Below are positions 16,146 to 27,178 of a DNA stretch of 64,000 bases, piece by piece. Made by a program: the position numbers and the translations under genes. The notes under the pieces were generated by a model. That model was not told the origin of the DNA, made no database searches, and saw only the letters and a program-made list of their open reading frames with translations. The stretch spans positions 310,001-374,000 of the forward strand of contig CATNEN010000041.1 in the NCBI GenBank assembly GCA_950097015.1. Direction: 5' to 3'. Within the stretch, counting starts at the first letter, position 1. Each line of letters starts with the position of its first letter. The DNA is from Macrostomum hystrix. Its lineage: Eukaryota > Animalia > Platyhelminthes.

Positions 16146-18316
16146 ATCCGTTGGATAGACTAGCAATCCATTCTTTTCTAGCATCCATGGGCTAGACTAG
16201 CAATCCATTCTTTTCTAGCATCCATGGGCTAGACTAGCAATCCATTCTTTTCTAGCATCGATGGGCTAGACTAGCAATCCATTCTTTTCTAGCATCGATG
16301 GGCTAGACTAGCAATCCATTCTTTTCTAGCATCCATGGGCTAGACTAGCAATCCATTCTTTTCTAGCATCGATGGGCTAGACTAGCAATCCATTCTTTTC
16401 TAGCATCCATGGGCTAGACTAGCAATCCATTCTTTTCTAGCATCCATGGGCTAGACTAGCAATCCATTCTTTTCTAGCATCGATGGGCTAGACTAGCAAT
16501 CCATTCTTTTCTAGCATCCATGGGATAGACTAGCAATCCATTCTTTTCTAGCATCCATGGGCTAGACTAGCAATCCATTCTTTTCTAGCATCCATGGGCT
16601 AGACTAGCAATCCATTCTTTTCTAGCATCCGTTGGATAGACTAGCAATCCATTCTTTTCTAGCATGCATGGGCTAGACTAGCAATCCATTCTTTTCTAGC
16701 ATCCGTTGGATAGACTAGCAATCCATTCTTTTCTAGCATGCATGGGCTAGACTAGCAATCCATTCTTTTCTAGCATCCATGGGCTAGACTAGCAATCCAT
16801 TCTTTTCTAGCATGCATGGGCTAGACTAGCAATCCATTCTTTTCTAGCATCCATGGGATAGACTAGCAATCCATTCTTTTCTAGCATGCATGGGCTAGAC
16901 TAGCAATCCATTCTTTTCTAGCATCCATGGGATAGACTAGCAATCCATTCTTTTCTAGCATCCATGGGCTAGACTAGCAATCCATTATTTTCTAGCATCC
17001 ATGGGCTAGACTAGCAATCCATTCTTTTCTAGCATGCATGGGCTAGACTAGCAATCCATTCTTTTCTAGCATCCATGGGCTAGACTAGCAATCCATTCTT
17101 TTCTAGCATGCATGGGCTAGACTAGCAATCCATTCTTTTCTAGCATCCGTTGGATAGACTAGCAATCCATTCTTTTCTAGCATGCATGGGCTAGACTAGC
17201 AATCCATTCTTTTCTAGCATCCGTTGGATAGACTAGCAATCCATTCTTTTCTAGCATCCATGGGCTAGACTAGCAATCCATTCTTTTCTAGCATGCATGG
17301 GCTAGACTAGCAATCCATTCTTTTCTAGCATCCGTTGGATAGACTAGCAATCCATTCTTTTCTAGCATCCATGTGCTAGACTAGCAATCCATTCTTTTCT
17401 AGCATCCGTTGGATAGACTAGCAATCCATTCTTTTCTAGCATCCATGGGCTAGACTAGCAATCCATTCTTTTCTAGCATCCATGGGCTAGACTAGCAATC
17501 CATTCTTTTCTAGCATCCGTTGGATAGACTAGCAATCCATTCTTTTCTAGCATCCATGGGCTAGACTAGCAATCCATTCTTTTCTAGCATCCATGGGCTA
17601 GACTAGCAATCCATTCTTTTCTAGCATGCATGGGCTAGACTAGCAATCCATTCTTTTCTAGCATCCATGGGCTAGACTAGCAATCCATTCTTTTCTAGCA
17701 TCCATGGGCTAGACTAGCAATCCATTCTTTTCTAGCATCCGTTGGATAGACTAGCAATCCATTCTTTTCTAGCATCCGTTGGATAGACTAGCAATCCATT
17801 CTTTTCTAGCATCCATGGGCTAGACTAGCAATCCATTCTTTTCTAGCATCCATGGGCTAGACTAGCAATCCATTCTTTTCTAGCATCCGTTGGATAGACT
17901 AGCAATCCATTCTTTTCTAGCATCCATGGGCTAGACTAGCAATCCATTCTTTTCTAGCATCCGTTGGATAGACTAGCAATCCATTCTTTTCTAGCATCCA
18001 TGGGCTAGACTAGCAATCCATTCTTTTCTAGCATCCATGGGCTAGACTAGCAATCCATTCTTTTCTAGCATCCATGGGATAGACTAGCAATCCATTCTTT
18101 TCTAGCATCCATGGGCTAGACTAGCAATCCATTCTTTTCTAGCATCCGTTGGATAGACTAGCAATCCATTCTTTTCTAGCATCCGTTGGATAGACTAGCA
18201 ATCCATTCTTTTCTAGCATCCATGGGCTAGACTAGCAATCCATTCTTTTCTAGCATCCATGGGATAGACTAGCAATCCATTCTTTTCTAGCATCCATGGG
18301 CTAGACTAGCAATCCA
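16146..18316. repeat. 37-bp minisatellite (GGCTAGACTAGCAATCCATTCTTTTCTAGCATCCATG), ~58 copies
   Basis: CAATCC recurs at 16201 and 16238 (period 37); head-to-tail with no spacers. Confidence 0.97.
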
Positions 18317-19974
18317 CCTAGAAACCACCGGGAAACTGGCTCATTGCTTTGGCATTCAAGTGTTCAGTTGTTTCGCGCCGTCTTTCCAGGCACTCACCGA
18401 CTTCTCTGTCACGAAGCTGCTGCCGTGCAGTGAGATCACGGCGAAGACTCCTGAGCACGGCAGGTCGCTGCGAAAGTCAGGAAGAGGTTGAAGTCAGACA
18501 GTTCCGGTTAAGAATTATTCTTGAGTAACCGAGTATTCAGAATCGAACCCATGACTCTCCCGCCCCTTCCCAGTTGTCCCTGGCATCCGTGTGGAATCCT
18601 GGCACCCGAAGCATTGATTGCTGGGGGCGGGAGCCGAAGGGATGGCGGAGCAGGAGGGCCTCTTGGCGAGCACTGAAGTATGCGTTGATGATGATTCTGA
18701 ATTCGCACAGGCCAGCAAAGAGGCGGCTCTCCTGTTCCGAGGGTCATTTCCAAGTCAATAAATGTCCGCCCCAGGACTCGAGCGGAGGGAGGGGCGGCTT
18801 GACGAAACCCGACTCCAGGATGTCCGAAGGATCCCTCTGCTGCCGGCAAGGAGGCCGCGGCTGCCTCGGGGTCAGATTTCGAAAATCGCGCCTGCCACAG
18901 AAGGCGGACCAACAAAAAATATGGCGCCGATGGGAGGAAAAGGGGATAAAAGGCGGGGAGACAAAGCCGCGCGCCAATGCCAATCTCACGTGCGAACCCA
19001 AGGACGAGTTTTTCCCCTCACAGCTTCGCCACGGATTTATCCCCACCGCCAAGTCGAGACAAAATGGGATTACAGGAGAGAGAGAAAATGGGAAATAAAG
19101 GAACTCGGAGAGACGGGCCGACGGGTTGGCCCCGGCAGGTCCCAGGAGGACTGGAAACTGGAAAACTGGGAAACGGGAATCGAGAGCGAGGGGAGGATCT
19201 GGGGATGCCTGGCAGTTCCAGCCGCTCCAGCGGAAACGAGTTGCTAGCAAGCAGCCCCGGCCCTTCTATACTTCTGGCTTTTGTTGCCAGGGCGCAGCCG
19301 AGGGGGGAATGAGCTGCTGATTTCTCATCCTAAACTGCAGCACCGGCCTCTGAGTATGGCTCCTCGGGTGCGCCTGAGGGAGAGCTCTGTGAGTGTGCTC
19401 AGTGTCGAGTTGCAGGTAGCGCGGGCTGGCACTTTGAGCAGTTTTTACGGAATTCGTCAGCAGGACCTCATCAATTATAGAATATGTTCGAACAGTTTAG
19501 GTGCCAGATCCATCATCAGCTAGTGTCAGAACAATCATCAGCTAGTGTCAGAGAAGTTGTCAGCTAGTGTCAGAGGAATAGTCAGCTAGTTTCATAACAT
19601 TTTCAAGCAATGCAACTTGCCAGCAGGTTACGCTGATGACCACCTTCGTGACCTCTCTCTCCGCCCAGGCTTTGGTGGCGGCTACCGCGGCCGCTGCTGC
19701 GGCACCATCGTCCTGACGTCGGGGCGATCTGCGGCACAGACTGCCGCTGTGCGGCACCCTCTTGTCGATGGCCAACAGATTTGGCAGCATCGGAGACGCC
19801 GCCGCGGCCGCAGAGCCGCACGCGCTTGCCTGCCGCTTGATGGCCGCGGGCATCGACTGCGAGGCACGGACCGGCATTCGCAGCCTGCGGCTGGCGGCTG
19901 CTGCCGCCGTCAGTGCCTTGCCTTCGATTGTGCTGTCCGCCCGCGCTCCGCTGCTGCAACCCGGCCTGCCCCGC

Positions 19975-20210
19975 CTGCCTGTCCTACCTGTTCTGCCTGT
20001 CCTGCCTGTCCTGCCTGTCCTGTATGTCCTGCCTGTCCTGCCTGTCTTGTCCTACCTGTCTTGTCTTAGCTGTCTTGTCCTACCTGTCTTGTACTACCCG
20101 TCTTGTTCTGCCTGTCTTGTCCTACCCGTCTTGTTCTGCCTGTCTTGTCCTACCTGTCTTGTCCTGCCTGTCTTGTCCTACCTGTCTTGTCCTACCTGTC
20201 TTGTCCTACC
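19975..20210. repeat. Pyrimidine-rich 9-14-bp repeat (CCTGTCTTGTCCTA)
   Basis: Direct inspection. Confidence 0.9.
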
Positions 20211-20828
20211 TATTCAGCTGACTCACTCTACTAGTCGTGCCCAGGCTTGTGTGTCCTGACCTGCCAGCTCGCAGCAGCTGCTGCCTCACGCTGGCCGTCC
20301 GCTCTATTTGGCCAATTTTATCCCCAACCGTCCTGCTTCTCAGCTGCCATTGGCTGGCTCGAGGCTCTGCTCTCCATCCCCCCAGCCGGAGCTACCAGAA
20401 ATCTGTTAAACTGTCAGCAGGCTTGCAGTGGGTGTCTGTATTGCCAGATTAAGCACTCCGCTAATCTGTGCACTTGCTGCTGCTGCTCCGAGGAACATTA
20501 GCCAAGACTCAAGATAGTCGCTGGGATTCCGTTCTTAAAAGTACAACAGGAGATTTTATAGAGAAAACTCACAATCCATCAGGCCGGCTGTTTGGGGGCT
20601 GCCCGGGATCGATAAATGGCGGAATCCTTCCCTCTCCGACGGGCACCCGAACAGGGGGTCGGATGGCTCCCCTCCTGCCATTGTCGTGGAGGCACTGAGG
20701 CTCGGCAACAATGCCCTGGAGGCGGATGGGAGAAATCCCCATTCAGTCGCTCCACTGTGACTGCCGCCGCCCACGCACTGCAAATCCTCCCGTGCCAATT
20801 TCCGGCTGCGAGCTTCTCAAGCTGCTCA

Positions 20829-20870
<42 letters not shown>
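20829..20870. repeat. (GCT)14 trinucleotide microsatellite
   Basis: Direct count. Confidence 0.95.
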
Positions 20871-20873
<3 letters not shown>

Positions 20874-21012
20874 TTAGGCACTGCATCAATCCTCTATCCA
20901 CTTCTCCGTATACCTGTGGCTTCTGAACTTTCCAAATGTTTTGTCCGTCTCTGGATTAAAGCTGGATTGAATGAGAGCTCATCTGGGCTGCTGCAACAGC
21001 TTCTGCTTCAGC

Positions 21013-21460
21013 CTGCCTCACCTGTTCTGTGTGCCTCACCTGTTCTGTGTGCCTCACCTGTTCTGTGTGCCTCACCTGTTCTGTGTGCCTCACCTGTTCT
21101 GTGTGCCTCACCTGTTCTGTGTGCCTCACCTGTTCTGTGTGCCTCACCTGTTCTGTGTGCCTCACCTGTTCTGTGTGCCTCACCTGTTATACCTGTTAAT
21201 ATATCTTTATTCCAAGACAGTACAATCGGGTCAGACAGCTAAGATAAGTACAAGCGAGGAAACAGAAAACAATAAAAGAACTAATTGCGTGGCTGAACAG
21301 ACATGAATTTGCTCGAAAATTTCTGTGGGCTGTTTCAGAATGTGTTAGAATGTGTCAGAATGTGTCAGAATGTGTTGGAATGTGTTGGAATGTGTTGGAA
21401 TGTGTTGGAATGTGTTAAAATATGTTAGAATGCGTGAGAAAGTGTCAGAATGTGTCAGAA
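21013..21460. repeat. 18-bp array (CCTCACCTGTTCTGTGTG, 21013-21190) and 10-bp array (GAATGTGTTG-like, 21335-21460)
   Basis: Direct inspection. Confidence 0.9.
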
Positions 21461-21677
21461 GTATACAAATTTCTTCAAAGAAGTAAAAGGTCAGAAAAAC
21501 TTTTAATGCTGGATTTTGATTTATTTACAAAAATATTGAGCCCCAAAGAGAGTATCAAGTACTCTCCTTTTAAAGGACTTTAAAAGGTAAAACCAATTAA
21601 CCAGAAAACTAGATAAGAGAGCCTACCATTGGAGGAAAAATACAAATGGCGCCCTGACAGTTTGAACTTCACGAAAC

Positions 21678-23198
21678 TGCCAGCAGTGACTGTCAATCCT
21701 TCACTCCCTGTCAGCAGTGACTGTCAATCCTTCACTCCCCTGCCAGCAGTGACTGTCAGGCCTTCACTCCCCTGTCAGCAGTGACTGTCAATCCTTCACT
21801 CCCTGTCAGCAGTGACTGTCAATCCTTCACTCCCCTGCCAGCAGTGACTGTCAGGCCTTCACTCCCCTGTCAGCAGTGACTGTCAATCCTTCACTCCCTG
21901 TCAGCAGTGACTGTCAATCCTTCACTCCCTGTCAGCAGTAACTGTCAGGCCTTCACTCCCCTGTCAGCAGTGACTGTCAATCCTTCACTCCCCTGCCAGC
22001 AGTGACTGTCAGGCCTTCACTCCCCTGTCAGCAGTGACTGTCAATCCTTCACTCCCTGTCAGCAGTGACTGTCAGGCCTTCACTCCCCTGTCAGCAGTGA
22101 CTGTCAATCCTTCACTCCCCTGCCAGCAGTGACTGTCAGGCCTTCACTCCCCTGTCAGCAGTGACTGTCAATCCTTCACTCCCTGTCAGCAGTGACTGTC
22201 AATCCTTCACTCCCTGTCAGCAGTGACTGTCAATCCTTCACTCTCCTGTCAGCAGTGACTGTCAATCCTTCACTCCCTGTCAGCAGTGACTGTCAATCCT
22301 TCACTCCCCTGTCAGCAGTGACTGTCAATCCTTCACTCCCCTGTCAGCAGTGACTGTCAGGCCTTCACTCCCCTGTCAGCAGTGACTGTCAATCCTTCAC
22401 TCCCTGTCAGCAGTGACTGTCAATCCTTCACTCTCCTGTCAGCAGTGACTGTCAATCCTTCACTCTCCTGTCAGCAGTGACTGTCAATCCTTCACTCCCT
22501 GTCAGCAGTGACTGTCAATCCTTCACTCCCTGTCAGCAGTGACTGTCAATCCTTCACTCTCCTGTCAGCAGTGACTGTCAATCCTTCACTCCCTGTCAGC
22601 AGTGACTGTCAATCCTTCACTCCCCTGTCAGCAGTGACTGTCAGGCCTTCACTCCCCTGTCAGCAGTGACTGTCAATCCTTCACTCCCTGTCAGCAGTGA
22701 CTGTCAGCCCTTCACTACCCTCTCAGCAGTGACTGTCAATCCTTCACTCCCTGTCAGCAGTGACTGTCAATCCTTCACTCTCCTGTCAGCAGTGACTGTC
22801 AATCCTTCACTCCCTGTCAGCAGTGACTGTCAATCCTTCACTCCCTGTCAGCAGTGACTGTCAGCCCTTCACTACCCTCTCAGCAGTGACTGTCAATCCT
22901 TCACTCCCTGTCAGCAGTGACTGTCAATCCTTCACTCTCCTGTCAGCAGTGACTGTCAATCCTTCACTCTCCTGTCAGCAGTGACTGTCAATCCTTCACT
23001 CCCCTGTCAGCAGTGACTGTCAGGCCTTCACTCTCCTGTCAGCAGTGACTGTCAAGCCTTCACTCTCCTGTCAGCAGTGACTGTCAATCCTTCACTCCCC
23101 TGTCAGCAGTGACTGTCAGGCCTTCACTACCCTGTCAGCAGTGACTGTCAGCCCTTCACTACCCTCTCAGCAGTGACTGTCAGGCCTTCACTACCCTG
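21678..23198. repeat. 31/32-bp minisatellite (CAGCAGTGACTGTCAATCCTTCACTCCCTGT)
   Basis: Direct inspection; the terminal unit overlaps the TRP stop codon at 23180-23182. Confidence 0.96.
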
Positions 23199-26100
23199 TC
23201 AGAAACGACAGTCGGCCGGTCGCCCTCGCCTCCAGCAGCCTTTGCGGCGCCTTCATCACCGGCCAACAGGCGCATGCGGAGTCTCTGCCTGGCAGTTCTG
23301 AGCACAGAGCCGTAGTCGAGCTGGCTTCTCTCCCTCAGGTAGCTGACGGGAGTATCGATGGGCGCGTCCCGCATGGCCCGGCTGATTCTGTCCCACAGCA
23401 TCAGGGTCAGCAGGTGCAGCGGCCACAGCAAGTTGAAAGGAACAGGGAGGTCCGGCCCCAGCTGCAGGTATTTGATCTTGGTCAGCGAGGCCTGGTAGAG
23501 CCAGTCAGATTCGCGCACCGCGGACAGCTGGGCAAAGGTCTCTGACATCATAGCCACCAGCAGGTTGATCAGCACCACGGCGCAAATCACCACGAAGGAT
23601 ACATGGGCCAGCAGGCCAAGCAGCTCCAGTGTCCGCAGGGTCGGGTGCTGGGCTGCGCCCGGCTGCAGCAGGTGGTCGTCCCGGTCCGACATTGTCAGCA
23701 GCGACCACACCAGTGTCTGGAATACGGAGCCGTCGGCCTGGAAGTAGGCACTGGCGCAGGACACAACTCGGTACAGGGCGATCAGCAGGCAGGTCCAGGC
23801 GCTCAGCAACACCAGAATCAACGCGCCAAAGTTCAGCACGTTCTTAAGCACCCGTCTCAGCGACACGACTAGAGTGCCCACGTGTCTGCGGCGTGGACAG
23901 CGAGGAGTCTCATATGGAATCTCATTGGTAGAGTCATTTGGAGAGTCTCATTGAAAGACTTATTGGGAGAGAGTCTCATTGGGAGAGAGTCTCATTGGGA
24001 GAGAGTCTCATTGGGAGAGAGTATCATTGGAAGATTTTCTTTAAATCCAGGACGTTTTTAGAAGTCAAAATTTACAGTTGTTACTATAAAAGTTCTGTAG
24101 GAATATAAAACTATTAGCGAAAATGTGTCAATCGGGAGAGCAAGGCAGAGAATCACTCAGGGGGAGATTCACTCAGGGGGAGATTCACTCAGGAGGAGAT
24201 TCACTCAGGAGGAGATTCACTCAGGAGGAGATTCACTCAGGGGGAGATTCACTCAGGGGGAGATTCAATCAGGGGGAGATTCACTCAGGAGGAGATTCAC
24301 TCAGGAGGAGATTCACTCAGGGGGAGATTCAATCAGGGGGAGATTCACTCAGGAGGAGATTCACTCAGGAGGAGATTCACTCAGGGGGAGATTCAATCAG
24401 GGGGAGATTCCCTCAGGGGGAGATTTCCTCTGGGGGAGATTCTCTCTGAGGGAGATTCCCTCTGGGGGAGATTCACTCAGGGGGAGATTCACTCAGAGGG
24501 AGATTCCCTCAAGGGGGATATTCCCTCTGGGGGAGATTCTCTCTGGGGGGAGAACCACTTCGTAGTAGAGTCAGTCTGGAGGGAGATTCACTCAGGAAGA
24601 AATTGATTCAGGTGGAAAGACACTGGTGGGGGAAATTCAATCTTGGAGAGTCAATCTGGGAAAGAATCACTCTGGGGAGAGTAACTCACTTCTGCAGCGC
24701 AGCCGTGGAGAAGACTGACAGCAGCGAGAGCGCGTGCCCGCAGCCCATAGCGAGGCTGGCAGCCAGCTGAGGCTCAAGGCTGTCCAGCAGCAAGCTGGAA
24801 TACATGCTGGTGAAGTTGCCGAGGCTCCCGCAGGCCAGGTTTGCCGGCTGCGAGCAGAGCAAGGCGGACACGTTGAGGTTGGCGCAGACGCAGTTCCTGA
24901 TGTCGGTGGCGTTGGCCAAACCGGTCAGGAGTTGTTCGCTGGCGGAGCGCAGGCGGGCCGCCCAGACGAGGCTGAGTGGCAGACCGACCAGGTAGCAGCC
25001 TAGCGCCAGGTGGTGCAACAGGCCGAAGAAGCCGGTGACGCGGGCGAGCCGCCGCGGGCCCAGGAGGAACAGGTGGTGCGCGTTCTTCACCGCGTAAGCG
25101 AGCACGAAAATGATGAAGAGAACCTGCACCGCCAACTGCCCGCTGCCGATGAAGGCGGAGCCGGCTGAGCCGCAGACGGCCGCCCTGGCAAGGTTGTCGT
25201 TGAGTTCCCGGGAGGAGGCGACCCAGGCGGCCAGGAGGGCCAGGGAGGCGGCGAAGGCGACGGTGTCCAGCGCGTGGCCAAGCCGGGCGCTCTGGCAGAG
25301 CGGGCGCAGGCGCGGGTGCGGGCAGAGTACGTACACCGGGGTCAGCGCGTAGCCCGCCACAGCTGCCAGTGCCAGGACGCAGCCGGAGGCTCCTGAGAGG
25401 ATGGAGCGGGCTGATGGGTCGCTTTGAAACCGTCAGCTGAGCCCTTGACTGGCCGCCACCTACGAGGCTTATCAGTATCGGCAAATCCGATCCTTAGATG
25501 AGCCTCAACCCTGAGCCAGATCCTTAGATGAGCCTCAACCCTGAGCCAGATCCTTAGATGAGCCTCAACCCTGAGCCAGATCCTTAGATGAGCCTCAACC
25601 CTGAGCCAGATCCTTAGATGAGCCTCAACCCTGAGCCAGATCCTTAGATGAGCCTCAACCCTGAGCCAGATCCTTAGATGAGCCTCAACCCTGAGCCAGA
25701 TCCTTAGATGAGCCTCAACCCTGAGCCAGATCCTTAGATGAGCCTCAACCCTGAGCCAGATCCTTTGATGTGCCGCCACCCCAGCCAGATCCATTAAAAC
25801 CGCACCTGAAGCCGCCAGCGGCAGGCGCTCCTCCGGCCAGCGGCAGCCTTGTCTCCAGGCGCTGTCCAGCACCAGCTGGGCGGCCTGATGCGCCAGCGGC
25901 TCCCTCAGAGCCAGGTCGGTCAGGTGGCCCAGCCGACCCAGCCGGTCCCAGGGCGACGCGGAGTCCAACAGCAGGGCGAATGCCTCCTCGCTGGTCCAGC
26001 AGCCGTCCAGCAGCATGGCCAGGGAGCAGGCGCCGCGCTGCCGCACCGGAAACAGAAGCTCCGGCGCCAGGACGTCACCCAGTTGGTCCAGCCGGCGCAT

Positions 26101-26517
26101 CAGGTTCAGGCCCTGCTGAAGGACGTCCTCGCCGCTGGCGCGGAAGGCCTGGTAGAGCGGTGAGGCCAGCGCCGGCAGCAGCCGCTCGGCGTACAGCCGG
26201 CTCAGGCGCGGGTCGTTGCGCAGAGCGCGGCAGAGCGAGCAGGCGCAGTCGGCCAGCTGGTGCGGGAAGGGGATCCGCTCGCTGCGCTCCCGCATCAGGA
26301 AGCGGACCAGGCGGGCGTGACCGCCAAGCACCGCCCAAACCAGTGGCGACTGCACCACGAGGGCGGGCGGCAGCGAGTCCACGTGCTGCGCCGCGCACCA
26401 GGGCGACTCGTAGGAGGCCCGCAGGGTGGCCAGGTCGCCCCGCTGCACCGCCTCCAGCTGCTTCTCGCGCCACCGCTCCACGGCCAACGTGGAAAGGTCG
26501 ATGCCTTCGCCCGACAT
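23180..26517 (-). CDS. TRPC-like: Divergent TRPC-like cation channel (706 aa predicted)
   Basis: Three phase-compatible exons: 25806-26517, 24690-25392, 23180-23885 (2121 nt). Ankyrin-like SPLVWAVLGGHARLVRFL; TRP_2 zinc-binding-like PHQLADCACSLC...ALASP; LAHQAAQLVL..W (cf. FVAHPNCQQLL..W); S4-S5 linker VGTLVVSLRRVLKNVLNF; pore helix FQTLVWSLL; S6 VVLINLLVAMMSETF; TRP domain DWLYQA...LPVPFNLL. Confidence 0.85.
23962..24560. repeat. Two 16-bp arrays (TCATTGGGAGAGAGTC at 23962-24030; GATTCACTCAGGGGGA at 24150-24560) in TRP intron 2
   Basis: Direct inspection. Confidence 0.9.
25488..25765. repeat. 30-bp minisatellite (GATCCTTAGATGAGCCTCAACCCTGAGCCA) in TRP intron 1
   Basis: ~9 copies; produces the RIWLRVEAHL repeat in ORF 25342-26517. 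Confidence 0.95.
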
Positions 26518-27178
26518 GAGTTTCGGTGAGCTGCCAGCGGTTGTACCCGGCTGTCTCTAATCCCTATACTTTGGGAACATCTTCAGCAGCCGATCAGTTT
26601 GGTAAAGGAAGCTCAGAAGCCTTGACCAGCAATAAAAGCAGAGCTTATCAGAGAATATCCAATTATTGCATTGTGTTTCAGCAGTAGCAGCGTGGCTCAA
26701 TAAGGCACAGACGCGGTCCTCGCCCATTCGCTCCGGTCCCACCCCACAATGTCCAGGGCTGCACTATCTGTGCCATTGCAGCTGACAGGTCTGACAGATC
26801 AATACCAGAGCGGGAGTGACTCAGCAGCGGCAGCTGTTGGATTCTCTAAACTCGGAGAGCGCATGGCCAGAGGGCGAACAGCTGATTGGACAAATTTTCC
26901 TGTCCATATAGAAGTCAATATAGAAGAGTTGAAATTTTTCAGCGCATCAATGCGTCTATGGACATCTATAGAATCTGATATATACGATGCTATATATAGA
27001 TGTCCTTAGCAATCGCCTGTGAAACCTTAGCTTGGCCCATAGACAATCAGACCATCCAACACTTTGGCAAGCTTTTGGCAGCCTCACCTACTCACAGTCT
27101 CTAAGTCAGCGCGAAACTGATCAAAGCAAAGCCATCCAACGTGCTATTTTCTCGAGCAGAACTAATTCTTCACGGATC

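Noticed and set aside
16146-18316. 37-bp partly palindromic repeats as a CRISPR array
   Set aside because: Units are head-to-tail with no unique spacers, there are no cas genes, and the context is eukaryotic.
18500-18555. MGSILN as a myristoylated first exon of copine
   Set aside because: Needs a weak donor (GTTACT) and cannot be linked in phase to the copine exons without transcript data.
25342-25805. RIWLRVEAHL decapeptide repeats as part of the TRP protein
   Set aside because: They fall in a phase-consistent GT-AG intron (25393-25805); splicing restores TRPC collinearity.
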